This document shows positions 50,415 to 60,068 of a stretch of DNA of 64,000 nucleotides, in pieces. Origin of the DNA: an uncultured bacterium (lineage in GTDB: Bacteria > Patescibacteriota > Minisyncoccia > Phycocordibacterales > PALSA-1337); NCBI GenBank assembly GCA_963701025.1, contig OY969557.1, forward strand, positions 36,849 to 100,848. The letters run 5' to 3'. A model generated the notes under the pieces. It saw only the letters and a list, made by a program, of their open reading frames with translations, was not told where the DNA came from and did no database searches. Every line of letters starts with the position of its first letter. Position 1 is the first letter of the stretch. The position numbers and the translations under genes were made by a program.

Positions 50415-50948
50415 CTAAAGCGATGAAAGCAGAAGACAAGCTCCGGCCAGACTCACGATCATTTCCAACCAAAAAGATATCGTCTTCATATATACGCCGG
50501 TGACATATTTGAAATGGTGCGATGGTGACCCAGGTCGCGCGGCGATATTCTCCGGCGGCACTTCCTTCTTTAGAACAAAGCTCTTGCTCGATATCGGCCA
50601 AAGCCACATCACCCCGTATTCAATGGAGTCTAACATCAGATGGCTCCATGAACCAGCTAAGACGAGCCACCCGACCCATTCGGTGAAAAGCGATCCGAAG
50701 AAATATCCGGCGGCAGCGATCGCGAGGCTTATCAGAAGCCAAAAAAACGGAGCATGCGTGAAATAATCACGGTGATCTCCTTTGGCATCAAAATACCATC
50801 GGACAAGGTCGATATCCGGTAGTTCTCCGGCGAGCGTGCCGATGATGAGCAGAGTATCGGTCTCGGCGACGCTGAATCCGGGATGAGAGATCGCGAGCAA
50901 TGCCCGTGTCGCCAAGTATCCTCCCGCTAAATGTCCAGGCAGTACCAT
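50415..50948 (-). CDS. membrane-bound metal-dependent hydrolase (DUF457/YdjM family), located between ftsA and ftsZ
   Basis: MVLPGHLAGGYLATRALL...GSWSHLMLDSIEYG. The ORF track's 375-aa version is an Arg-rich out-of-frame upstream extension overlapping ftsA, trimmed here. Confidence 0.6.
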   Translation of the reverse strand: MVLPGHLAGGYLATRALLAISHPGFSVAETDTLLIIGTLAGELPDIDLVRWYFDAKGDHRDYFTHAPFFWLLISLAIAAAGYFFGSLFTEWVGWLVLAGSWSHLMLDSIEYGVMWLWPISSKSFVLKKEVPPENIAARPGSPSHHFKYVTGVYMKTISFWLEMIVSLAGACLLLSSL

Positions 50949-50986
50949 GTTCGTAGCATTCTGATACGATTCGTTGATTCTTATTA

Positions 50987-52168
50987 CTATGGCAGGAATC
51001 TTCTGACCCAACGGATGGCCGCTTTCCAAGCGCTTTTCAATATCTTGGCCGAGCCGTCGATCTCGCTTCCTTCGTCGGTGTGGAGGCCCCAGATGCAGAG
51101 GCCGTAAGCCACGGCCCAAGTGCCGTCCTTGAACGAGGCCTTGTTCCCATTCTCGCTCACGGTGCCGATCCTTGACGGCAGGCGCAGAGCCAGACGGGCC
51201 ATGTCGTCGAGCGAATGCATACCAGAGCCGCCGCCGGTGATGACGATGCCCGCTGGCAGTAGGCCGTTCCGGCCGATCTTCTTCAAGTGCGCTTCGATGA
51301 GGTCGAACATGTCGGAGACGCGCGCCGAGATGATTTCTTCGAGCTTCTTCCTCGGATACGACGAGCCGGTGATGGCGCCGATCTTGATCTGCTCGGCTTC
51401 CTCCAGAGGCACCTTGAGACCGAGGGCGATGTCGTTGGTGATGTCGGTCGAGCCGATGGGAAAGACTTCGAGCGAAGTCGGGATGTTGTTCTCGAAGACG
51501 GCGATGGATACGGTCTCGGCGCCGATGTTGGCGAGAACGCAACCGGCGATCTTCTGGGCTTTGGACAGAGTGACGAAACCGGCCACGACCGGAGCGGCCA
51601 TGACGTCCTCGACCTGCACGCCTGCTTCATTGACGGCCTGTATGAGATCGGCTACGTGGTGGTCGAGGCAGGTGATGAAGAGGGTGGAGAGTTCTAGCTT
51701 ATTGCCGGAGAGGCCTTCCGGGTTGCCAAGGGAAGGGACGCCGTCAATAGTATATTGCAGGGGAATGCTGTATATGATGCGGCGGTTGGCGATGCCGGAG
51801 CGGGGGATGTCTTTCTCGCACTGCTCATGCAGGTGTCCCAAGTCCATGGAAGTGATCTCGGCGTCCGCCCGGGAAGTCATGATGGAACTTGAGACGATGA
51901 TGCCGGAGAGGCCGATGCCGCCTACGCCGACGAAAGCCTTCTTGACCTTGACCCCGGCTTTATTCTCGGCGATCGCGAGCGCGCGACGGATGCTCTCGGC
52001 CACGTCTTCGACATTGGTCACGTAGCCGTGACGCAAGCCGTGAGAGTCGGCCATACCGACGCCTACGACTTTGGGCAGGCCCTTGTCGTTCTTTTCCCGT
52101 GCGTCGGCGATGACGACTTTGACATGATAGGTGCCGACGTCTATTCCGGTGATGATATTGCGGGCCAT
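50987..52168 (-). CDS. ftsA: cell division protein FtsA
   Basis: Actin-fold ATPase: GIDVGTYHVKVVIA...VGVGGIG...ITGGGS. Confidence 0.85.
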   Translation of the reverse strand: MARNIITGIDVGTYHVKVVIADAREKNDKGLPKVVGVGMADSHGLRHGYVTNVEDVAESIRRALAIAENKAGVKVKKAFVGVGGIGLSGIIVSSSIMTSRADAEITSMDLGHLHEQCEKDIPRSGIANRRIIYSIPLQYTIDGVPSLGNPEGLSGNKLELSTLFITCLDHHVADLIQAVNEAGVQVEDVMAAPVVAGFVTLSKAQKIAGCVLANIGAETVSIAVFENNIPTSLEVFPIGSTDITNDIALGLKVPLEEAEQIKIGAITGSSYPRKKLEEIISARVSDMFDLIEAHLKKIGRNGLLPAGIVITGGGSGMHSLDDMARLALRLPSRIGTVSENGNKASFKDGTWAVAYGLCIWGLHTDEGSEIDGSAKILKSAWKAAIRWVRRFLP

Positions 52169-52183
52169 GAGTGGGTAGGAAGC

Positions 52184-52582
52184 CTAAACGCCGAATTTCC
52201 GGCGTATTTGAGCCTCTATACCATCCATTGTACTCCCATGATCGTATCCTTTCAAATGTGCACAACCATGGATGAAAAGGTACGCGAAGAAATTCTCATA
52301 GGTACGTCCAAATCTTTTCGCTTCTTTTTTCGCCTCACCCGGGCAGATGTATATCTCGCCTTCGGTCTCTGAAAGAGGAAAGCTCAAGATATCGGTGACA
52401 ATCTCTTTGTCGCGATAAATAGTGTTGAGTTTTTTTATTCGCGCCGGACTGGTGACGATCAGAATCAAATCGTAACGCTTGCCGAGAATGGCGACCTTCA
52501 CCTTCTCAAATGAAAAAGGCGGCGTCTTGCCGCGAGTCTCATTGATAAGTCTGAAGTGTTTATTGACCGATCTTTCAATCAT
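52184..52582 (-). CDS. ybeY: rRNA maturation RNase YbeY
   Basis: DILSFP...HGCAHLKGYDH (metal-binding H-motif). Confidence 0.8.
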   Translation of the reverse strand: MIERSVNKHFRLINETRGKTPPFSFEKVKVAILGKRYDLILIVTSPARIKKLNTIYRDKEIVTDILSFPLSETEGEIYICPGEAKKEAKRFGRTYENFFAYLFIHGCAHLKGYDHGSTMDGIEAQIRRKFGV

Positions 52583-52613
52583 TCAATTTTCCAATCTTCC
52601 AATATTTAATCTA

Positions 52614-52862
52614 CTACCTGCGTCCGCCGCGTTCCGGCTTGACCGGGGCCTTGCCCTGCTTGACCAGTTCGGCGAGATCCGACTTGCGCTTGATGGCCTT
52701 GAGAGCTTTTTGTTTGACCTTATAAGGGGATTGCGTGCGGCCGGAATAGCGGATCGAGCGCTTACGGCCGATGACGCCGGATGATTGGACTTTTCTGGAG
52801 AAGCGTCGGAGCATACTGATAGCATTCTCGCCGGCGTTGCGGGTGATCTCTACGTTTATCAT
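52614..52862 (-). CDS. rpsU: 30S ribosomal protein S21
   Basis: MINVEITRNAGENAISMLRRFSRKVQSSGVIGRKRSIRYSGRTQSPYKVKQKALKA. The ORF-track upstream extension was rejected. Confidence 0.7.
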   Translation of the reverse strand: MINVEITRNAGENAISMLRRFSRKVQSSGVIGRKRSIRYSGRTQSPYKVKQKALKAIKRKSDLAELVKQGKAPVKPERGGRR

Positions 52863-52912
52863 TGTTAGGACAGAATAACACAGGTTAGAGTAGGGTGCAA
52901 ATATGTCGCACT

Positions 52913-54148
52913 TCATCTACCCCACCAATCAGTCTCCGCCCTCTTCATGTACTTGGCCAATTGATCGAGAGGCACGACATCCTGGGCGTGAGTATCGGTG
53001 CGGCGGACGATGGCGGTCTTCTCGACAGCCTCCTTCTTTCCCATGACTATGGAATAGGGAGTGTGGTGTTTTTCGTTAGCCGACACTTGGGCGCCGAGGC
53101 GGTCTTTAGCCAGGCACAGATAGAGGGGGATCTTGACCTGGCGGAGGCGCTCGATGACGTTGAGGGATATGAGCTTGGACTCCATGCCGAGCTGCATGAA
53201 CGAGGCCACCGGCCGCTTCATCTTGGATACCGGTTTGCGGAGGGACGCGCTCTCGCCCTTCACCAAGAGCGACATGCCGAGGCCTTGAATGTCACGCTTC
53301 ATGCCGAGCCTGCGGGCCAGGCCGTTATAACGCACGCCTATACCCAGGATGCGCTGGTCTTTGGCCGTGGCGGACGTGTCCACGATGGCGAATATAGTCT
53401 CGCTACAATACTTGCGGTTGCCGATGAGGCTGTTGTTGATGGTGTAAGGGATATCGAGGGTCTCGCAATATTCGAGAACTTCCTCTAGATGGCGACGACT
53501 GGTCTCGGAAAGGAAGTCGATGGAACGCGGCGCCTTGCCGTTGAGCTCTTTCTCGGATTCGTCGTGCGACGCGAGCAGGTCGAAAGCGTCGCGCTTGAAG
53601 AGCTGGCGCGCCTCCGGGGTCATGTCGTTGATGTTCTTGCGGTAGTAGGCGGTGAGCTCGCGGGCGAAGCGAGCTATGGAGTCGCGGTCGCCGAGGGAAT
53701 TCACTTCCACCGCCGTCTCGTTGTAGCCCTCTTCGGCGAGCATAGCCCGGGCGGCCTGGATGAGAGTCGCTTCGGCGATGGAGCCGGACGCGCCAAGGAT
53801 CTCAAGGTCGGCATAGCGGTGATAGCCGCTTCTCTTCACCGAGCCCTTGTACGGATCCTTGAAATAGAGCATGACCGGCTGTGGCTCGCTGTGCCAAGAG
53901 GTCTCTTGGTAGGTGCGGATGAGAGCGATCTTCTCCTCGGCATGGAGAGGCAGGCGGCCCTTCTTGCCCATCTCGTCGTCGACGAAGTCTCCTTCCATTA
54001 TGCCTTTGGCCGCGTCGAGGTCGCTCTTCTCGATGGCTGGGCTTTTGGCCGGCCTGAAGCCGTAATAGACGGCCGTCTCGCCGATCTTGTCGAGGTGCTC
54101 GTACGATATGAATTTACCGTCGGATTTCTTTTTATTCGGTTTTTTCAT
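52913..54148 (-). CDS. histidyl-tRNA synthetase-family protein (HisS-like, with class-II anticodon-binding domain; catalytic motif 2 divergent)
   Basis: GRLPLHAEEKIALIRTY aligns to the GRSLTLRPEGT region. FKDPYKGSVKRSGYHRYAD is a degenerate counterpart of FRYERPQKGRYRQFHQ. IGVRYNGLARRLG...GLGMSL aligns to the motif-3 region. The C-terminal ~90 aa fits the HisRS anticodon-binding domain. Confidence 0.5.
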   Translation of the reverse strand: MKKPNKKKSDGKFISYEHLDKIGETAVYYGFRPAKSPAIEKSDLDAAKGIMEGDFVDDEMGKKGRLPLHAEEKIALIRTYQETSWHSEPQPVMLYFKDPYKGSVKRSGYHRYADLEILGASGSIAEATLIQAARAMLAEEGYNETAVEVNSLGDRDSIARFARELTAYYRKNINDMTPEARQLFKRDAFDLLASHDESEKELNGKAPRSIDFLSETSRRHLEEVLEYCETLDIPYTINNSLIGNRKYCSETIFAIVDTSATAKDQRILGIGVRYNGLARRLGMKRDIQGLGMSLLVKGESASLRKPVSKMKRPVASFMQLGMESKLISLNVIERLRQVKIPLYLCLAKDRLGAQVSANEKHHTPYSIVMGKKEAVEKTAIVRRTDTHAQDVVPLDQLAKYMKRAETDWWGR

Positions 54149-54182
54149 GTTTGTATCATTCGAATTGGTCCGTCGATTCGCA

Positions 54183-54782
54183 TTACAATTTTTCCTCTCC
54201 CGGCAGTATCGATATGTTATTTATGGGCAGGAGCCGGACGATCGGCCTACCGATGATGAAATGCCGATCGAGCGGACCCCAGACGCGCGAGTCGGAGCTC
54301 TGGGCGCGATTGTCGCCCATGACGAAATAGTGCGTGGCATCCATGGTGGTGGTGGCGATATTGTCGTATGACGAGTGGTCTGCCGCTACGAAGGAGCTGT
54401 CCACGATGAAGCCTTTGGGATGCGCCGCATTCGCCACGAATACTTTGCCGTCCGTGACGGAGAAGCTCTCTTTCGGAAGGACGATGATGCGCTTTATATA
54501 GTAGATCGAAGGATCATTCGGATACTCAAAGACGATGACATCTCCCCTCTGCGGCGGCTCGAAGCGATAGGTCAGACGATCTACAATGAGAAATTGGCCC
54601 GTGGCGAAAGTCGGATCCATAGAGGCCCCGTTCACGATGAATGGCTCGGCCACCAGCCACCGTATCGGCAGGGCTATTATGAGGGCGATGATGATGACCT
54701 GTACCCACTCGCGCACGGCATGCCAGAAGGGATGCTTATTCGGGGTACTGGCTTGTGGTGCCGCCTCAGAGTCAGGGCTCAT
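54183..54782 (-). CDS. lepB: signal peptidase I
   Basis: NGASMDPTF (catalytic Ser)...YIKRIIVLP (Lys box)...GDNRAQSSDSRVWGP. Confidence 0.85.
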   Translation of the reverse strand: MSPDSEAAPQASTPNKHPFWHAVREWVQVIIIALIIALPIRWLVAEPFIVNGASMDPTFATGQFLIVDRLTYRFEPPQRGDVIVFEYPNDPSIYYIKRIIVLPKESFSVTDGKVFVANAAHPKGFIVDSSFVAADHSSYDNIATTTMDATHYFVMGDNRAQSSDSRVWGPLDRHFIIGRPIVRLLPINNISILPGEEKL

Positions 54783-55212
54783 GATTGGCGTATTGTACTA
54801 CCAAGAGGGGTTTGACACAAGAGGTTGGAGTGTGATGTGGGCTTTTTATGGAAAATTTTTCTATGATTTTGGGCGGATAGGAAGACGGATAAGAAAGCGG
54901 ATAAGAAGGCGCAGTGAAGAAAAAAATTGAATGAGGAGATTTTAGCGAGATAGTGAGGGGTGGTTCTGTCTCCTAAAGGTGGTCGTGTGGGATGTTATAC
55001 GAACTGAATTATGTAACTATTTGTGATATATCACTGTCTCTTCTAACGAATCAATCAAAAGGGTCCTATTAAGGTGAAAACGGCTCAAAACAAGGGTATA
55101 TTGATATTTTTAGTATAAAATGACACTTTTATGTCAAAAGTGCTTGACTTTTAAACTTTAATAGAATAGTATATAAGTATTATTACAAAATAATGTAATT
55201 TTAAACAAATCC

Positions 55213-56484
55213 ATGTTAATCACAAGAATTAAAGCTAGTAATTTCTATGGGATAAAAGACCCAATAGAAGTATCTTTCACCGAAGGGGGTGAGAAAGAAA
55301 AAATTGGATATGCGAACAAAGGAAAAGAGAGAATCTCGCTTATCTCTGGTTTTTATGGTGCAAATGCTTCAGGCAAAAGCACTGTCTTAAATATCATTGA
55401 CACAATAATTCGAATTATGCTCGCACGACAGCAAGAATTTGTACTCGCACCTAATGGTATAAAGCAAGAGACTATTATCTGTCTTCCCAATTACCATAAA
55501 AGTATGGTATCAAAACCGATCGTGATGGAGATGGATTTTATAATTAGTGAGGATAAATACAATTATTCGATCTCAATTATAAATGAGGGTAAAGAAATTG
55601 CAGAAGAAGTCTTATATAAAAACAATAAAAAAATATTCAATAGAAAGGATAATGCTATTTCTTTTGAATCAAATGTGGAAAAAAAGATGGGCGATTTAGC
55701 AAAAAATATTGTTGCACCAAAGAAGTCATCTTTTCTCTCTGTCGTTTTAGATGAAAGCTCTGATATATCAGTGTTCGCTAATCTCAAGGAAGAAATAGGT
55801 ATTTCTGAGATTAAACATATAAAAAACAAGATCTGCTTTATCACTGATAAAAGATCAGTTCAGATGGGGCAAAACAACATAAATGGTTTAGTAGCTTTTG
55901 CTGTTGATTATCTTAATGACATCAAAAATCAGAATGCAAAACTTAGTGCTGTTAATTCCATAGTTAAATATTTTGAACCTTCCTTTGAAAGTCTTATCAT
56001 TAAAAAAGAGGGAGACAACAATCAGGTCAATAAGTCTTTTGCTTTCACCTATGAAGCAAAATATAGCGACTTCTATAAGAATCTCGGCATTATGGAACTT
56101 TCTGCTGGAACAAGAGAGCTTATTTCTTATATAGGCGATGTTCTTAAGATCATAAAGTCAGGCGGCGTTATTATATATGATGAGACAAGCAAGTATTACC
56201 ATCCGGATATGGAAATGGCTATATTAAATCTCTTCAAAGATAAAGATATAAACAAGCATAATGCTCAGATATTTTTCTCATCGCATAATCATGAGACTTT
56301 TGATCTTTTACAAAATGATCAAGCTCATATCTTAGAAAAAAAGGACAATAATATAACCGTTGCAAAAGTATCGGACTACGATGTAAAGGAAAGAGATAAC
56401 GTAAAAAGAATATATCGTCTTGGCTCTCTTGGCGGAATTCCTAATACTATTGATTTCAATAGAATAATAAATAATCTCTTATAA
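55213..56484 (+). CDS. OLD/ABC-type ATPase (AAA_15/AAA_21-like; RloA/AbiLi/AriA-like)
   Basis: N-terminal IKASNFYGIKDPIEV...GFYGANASGKST (Walker A), LSAGTRELISYIGDV (ABC-signature-like), VIIYDETS (Walker B) and FFSSHNHE (H-loop). Strongly AT-rich. Confidence 0.7.
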   Translation: MLITRIKASNFYGIKDPIEVSFTEGGEKEKIGYANKGKERISLISGFYGANASGKSTVLNIIDTIIRIMLARQQEFVLAPNGIKQETIICLPNYHKSMVSKPIVMEMDFIISEDKYNYSISIINEGKEIAEEVLYKNNKKIFNRKDNAISFESNVEKKMGDLAKNIVAPKKSSFLSVVLDESSDISVFANLKEEIGISEIKHIKNKICFITDKRSVQMGQNNINGLVAFAVDYLNDIKNQNAKLSAVNSIVKYFEPSFESLIIKKEGDNNQVNKSFAFTYEAKYSDFYKNLGIMELSAGTRELISYIGDVLKIIKSGGVIIYDETSKYYHPDMEMAILNLFKDKDINKHNAQIFFSSHNHETFDLLQNDQAHILEKKDNNITVAKVSDYDVKERDNVKRIYRLGSLGGIPNTIDFNRIINNLL

Positions 56485-56488
56485 GCTT

Positions 56489-57055
56489 ATGAATAAAAAG
56501 AAAAGCTTTAAAGTATATTATTTATTGATCAGTGAAGGGACCACTGAATTCAATCTATTCGGTTACTTAACGACCAAAAAATTTAAAGAGGATTTTGTAA
56601 AATCTAACATTCAGTTCAGTATCAAGGTAGAAATTGTAGAAATCTCAGTGTCTCAAGGTAAATTAGGTGGTGTTAGTGATGTTAAGGGCTTTAAATCAAA
56701 GTACGATTTAATTAAAGAAAGATATGACGGGCAAAAACGTTTTTTCCTCCTAGACAAAGACCTCGATGATTCTTCAGCTATAGAAGCTCTTATCAAACAA
56801 AATAATGATATTGTGCAATTTATAGAACATAATTCAGAATATCTATTATTGAAACTTTCTGGTAAGAATCCTAAAGATCCTTCTAATTTCACCAACCTGG
56901 CTGAATTTAGGAACTATTGCAAATCTGAATTTCAAAAGCATTTCAGCAAAAAGGCCTCTGATTTCAAAGACACTGACTTTGATTCCATATTTAACAATAT
57001 TACAGATAAAGAAATAAAGGCCAGTTTTATTGAGTTATTCTCAACCCTATCATAA
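56489..57055 (+). CDS. RloB-type TOPRIM-like protein (AbiLii/AriB-class nuclease partner)
   Basis: YYLLISEGTTEFNLFGYL (the vcEGxTE TOPRIM glutamate motif), FFLLDKDLDD (DxD-like motif) and IEHNSEYLLLKLSG (a SNPxFExWLLLH-like C-terminal motif). Starts 5 bp after the ATPase stop. Confidence 0.65.
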   Translation: MNKKKSFKVYYLLISEGTTEFNLFGYLTTKKFKEDFVKSNIQFSIKVEIVEISVSQGKLGGVSDVKGFKSKYDLIKERYDGQKRFFLLDKDLDDSSAIEALIKQNNDIVQFIEHNSEYLLLKLSGKNPKDPSNFTNLAEFRNYCKSEFQKHFSKKASDFKDTDFDSIFNNITDKEIKASFIELFSTLS

Positions 57056-57148
57056 AGGGGTGTTTAAGAAGAAGATACACTGACCTCTCCTTTTATTTCA
57101 AATGATTATATCCTTTCGGCTGTTTATGCGATCATCATCGTAGTTGCG

Positions 57149-57355
57149 TTGGCGATCAGGCGAGAAAAGAACGATATCGCGATCTTGCTTTTCGGCTTCT
57201 TCATCATGATCGTCTCTGAATACCTCTTTATCTCCACCGGCGTCGAGACCTTCCAAAAAAACAGCTTATTCGGCATAATGCCCATGTGGCTCCCGTTCCT
57301 GTGGGCCTATGGATTCGTCGCCATAAAGAGATCAGTAGAAATCCTCGGCCGATAA
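57149..57355 (+). CDS. possible small membrane protein (frame open from 57068, no ATG)
   Basis: About 95 codons, hydrophobic, native-like GC content. Speculative. Confidence 0.25.
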   Translation: MAIRREKNDIAILLFGFFIMIVSEYLFISTGVETFQKNSLFGIMPMWLPFLWAYGFVAIKRSVEILGR

Positions 57356-57404
57356 GTGCTCTCGACTTTACACTTTGCATTTTTAACTTTAAACTGAATA
57401 CACT

Positions 57405-57998
57405 ATGCCTTACATCATCGCCGGCCTCGGCAATCCCGGAAAAGAATATGAGGATACGCGCCACAACACTGGCCGTATCGTCTTGGATGCGGTTAGGAAA
57501 GAATTTGGCGGAGAATTAGAATTCGACAAGAAGCTGAACGCGCAGATCGCCGAAGTGAAGATCGGCAAAGAAAAAATCATTTTAATAGCACCGGACACGT
57601 TCATGAATAAGTCCGGCAAGGCCATCGGCCAATTAGTCAAGAGTGTAAAAGCTGCCGAGAAGCTAATAGTCATCTACGATGATTTTCAATTGCCCATAGG
57701 CCGTGCCAAGATTTCCTATAACAAGAGCTCCGGCGGCCACAACGGTCTGGAATCCGTCATCAAGGCAGTCAAGACCGAAGCCTTTCCGCGCATCCGTATC
57801 GGTACTGCCGCTGCTGATGCCAAAGGCAACGCAAAGGTTCCTCATGGCGACGACAAGATAGAGAAGTTCATACTTGGCGATTTCAAGCCGGATGAATTGA
57901 AAGTATTGAAGAAAGTCGCCAAAAGAACTGCCGAAGCCGTAGGGATGATCGTCAAAGAGGGAAGAGAGAAGGCAATGTCGGTCTTCAATCAGGGGTAA
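57405..57998 (+). CDS. pth: peptidyl-tRNA hydrolase
   Basis: IIAGLGNPGKEYEDTRHNTG...SSGGHNGLESV. Confidence 0.85.
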   Translation: MPYIIAGLGNPGKEYEDTRHNTGRIVLDAVRKEFGGELEFDKKLNAQIAEVKIGKEKIILIAPDTFMNKSGKAIGQLVKSVKAAEKLIVIYDDFQLPIGRAKISYNKSSGGHNGLESVIKAVKTEAFPRIRIGTAAADAKGNAKVPHGDDKIEKFILGDFKPDELKVLKKVAKRTAEAVGMIVKEGREKAMSVFNQG

Positions 57999-59357
57999 TC
58001 ACTTCACCCCCACGAACGACAACGCCATCTTTTGCTCCTTGGGATCGAAGACGGTTATTTTGAACGGATAAGTCTTGCCGAGCTCGAGAGCCTTGCGGAG
58101 CTTCTCTTCGGAACCGAACTCGGAGACGTGGACCAGACCGGCCACGCCTTCCTCGATGGAGGCCAGGGCGCCGTGCTTGTTGAACTTGATGATGACGCCG
58201 GTCACCGACATGTCCTTGGCGTATTTTTTGGCCGCTTCTTTCCACGGGTTTGGCCGGAGCTGTTTCATCGACAGGGAGATCTTGCCGTCCTTGATTTCTA
58301 TGATCTTGACCTTCACTTTCTGGCCGACCTTGACGAAATTCTTCGGGTTTTCCACTAGGCCCCAGTCGATCTCGGAGATATGCACGAGGCCCTCGAGGCC
58401 CTCCTCCAGCTTTATGAAGACGCCGAAATCCACGACGCCGGTGGCGGTGCCTTCGACCTCGTCGCCGATCTCGTACTTGCTGACGATCTTTTCCTTCTCT
58501 TTGGACTCGGAACCCTTCTCGGAGAAGATGAGCTTGCCTTCCTTGGGATCGGCCGTGATGATCGAGACCGACAAGCGCGTTCCCACGAGCTTTTTCAGCT
58601 CGTCGAGGATCTTGTCCTTGTCGCCGTCGCCCACCTTGGGATAATGGTCGCCTTTGAGCTGGGAGGCCGGCAGGAAGCCGACGATACCCTGCCAATCCAT
58701 GAGAAGGCCGCCCTTGTTGGCTTCCTTGACCAGGATGTCGAGCACCTTCTTCTCCTTGATGGCTGATTCGGCTTCGCTCCAAATGAGCGCCTGACGGGCT
58801 TCCTTCAATGACAGCTCGTAATAACCTTCGGGATGCGCATCATCGACGATCTTGGCGGCGATGGTGTCTCCGAGGTTTATCTTCTTGATGACGTCGCGGG
58901 CGATGATGAATTCGCGGCCGTATATGATGCCGGTGCCGAAGGGTGCCAGGTCGACGAATATGGACGACTTCTCTATGGCGATGACCGGGCCTTCGACGAG
59001 ATCGCCCACCTGTGGCGGGTTCTTCATGGAACCGACCATCTTGCCCATGAGAGTCAGTTGCTGCTCGTCGGAGAGCTTCATGGCCTCGTTCCTCTTCGCT
59101 ACGCGTCGAGCCTCCGACGCCTCTGCGTCGGTCATGCCGGGATGATTGGCGGCTACGCGTGTGCGGGCGGCCGGTGCAGGCGCCGCTTTCTTTTCTTGGG
59201 CTTTCTTCTCGGTCTTTTCCGGCACTTTTTCCGAGACCTCGGTTGACTTTTCGCTTGCTTTCTTAGTCAGGCCGATCTTTTCATCCGCCTCACTTTTTAT
59301 ATTTTTCGATTGATCTTTCTTCGAACCGGACAGAGTCTCCCTTAATTTTTTGAACAT
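57999..59357 (-). CDS. rpsA: 30S ribosomal protein S1 (four S1 domains, Lys/Glu-rich N-terminal extension)
   Basis: Repeated S1-fold motifs (VGDLVEGPVIAIEKSSIFVDL..., VGTRLSVSIITADPKEGKLIFS..., VEGTATGVVDFGVFIKL...). Confidence 0.8.
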   Translation of the reverse strand: MFKKLRETLSGSKKDQSKNIKSEADEKIGLTKKASEKSTEVSEKVPEKTEKKAQEKKAAPAPAARTRVAANHPGMTDAEASEARRVAKRNEAMKLSDEQQLTLMGKMVGSMKNPPQVGDLVEGPVIAIEKSSIFVDLAPFGTGIIYGREFIIARDVIKKINLGDTIAAKIVDDAHPEGYYELSLKEARQALIWSEAESAIKEKKVLDILVKEANKGGLLMDWQGIVGFLPASQLKGDHYPKVGDGDKDKILDELKKLVGTRLSVSIITADPKEGKLIFSEKGSESKEKEKIVSKYEIGDEVEGTATGVVDFGVFIKLEEGLEGLVHISEIDWGLVENPKNFVKVGQKVKVKIIEIKDGKISLSMKQLRPNPWKEAAKKYAKDMSVTGVIIKFNKHGALASIEEGVAGLVHVSEFGSEEKLRKALELGKTYPFKITVFDPKEQKMALSFVGVK

Positions 59358-59591
59358 ATATTCTCTCGCGCCCCGCTTTTTAATTGATAATGAGGCCGAT
59401 GTATGTCTCGGCCAGAAGTGCGGGATGACACGTAGTGATTAAAACGAACCGCAAAACGAACCTGGTGATACTAGCGCATTTAAGGGTTTTTGTCGAATTT
59501 GCGGGTGTGTTTCAGATAGTGAAGATTTTCAGATAAAAAAGTGCCACCCGCAACTTGCGAGTGGACTTTTGTGAACCGATAATGGCGGCGT

Positions 59592-60014
59592 TCATGCCGC
59601 AGTTAAAGCTGGGGCATTGGCTAGGAAGAGACATCCCTTGACTGTTTCGACCAATTCCTCGATCTTGAAGGGCTTTACCAGGTATGCGCGCAACCCGTGC
59701 AACCGTGCCATCTGGCCTGCATTCTCCTCTGGAGCACCGGTAGCCATGATCACCGGCAAGTTAGGGAACCGCTTAGCCGCCCTCGCGACTGAGTACCCAT
59801 CAATTCCACCGGGCATTTGCCGATCAGTGATCAGCAGATCGAGAGTAGGACCTTCGGGCCCTTCGAGGTATGCAATCGCCTCTGTCCCATTTTTGCAAAT
59901 GATGAGGCTGATTTCCCCGAGCTGATTTTGAACGCTTTCGCTTTTAAAAACGTCCTCGGCCAACATTCTGAGGATTTCCTCGTCGTCGACGTACATTACT
60001 TTTATTGTCTTCAT
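59592..60014 (-). CDS. single-domain response regulator (CheY-like receiver)
   Basis: VMYVDDEE...LLITDRQMPGGIDG...YLVKPF. Confidence 0.7.
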   Translation of the reverse strand: MKTIKVMYVDDEEILRMLAEDVFKSESVQNQLGEISLIICKNGTEAIAYLEGPEGPTLDLLITDRQMPGGIDGYSVARAAKRFPNLPVIMATGAPEENAGQMARLHGLRAYLVKPFKIEELVETVKGCLFLANAPALTAA

Positions 60015-60068
60015 AACTTTATTTCAACTCCCACCTCCCACTATGTTTGCCCTCAATGGTAGCATATC

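Noticed and set aside
50415-51542. 375-aa ORF-track version of the DUF457 hydrolase gene
   Set aside because: The upstream 198 codons are an Arg-rich out-of-frame read-through overlapping ftsA. Trimmed to the internal Met (50948), where hydrophobic, family-like sequence begins.
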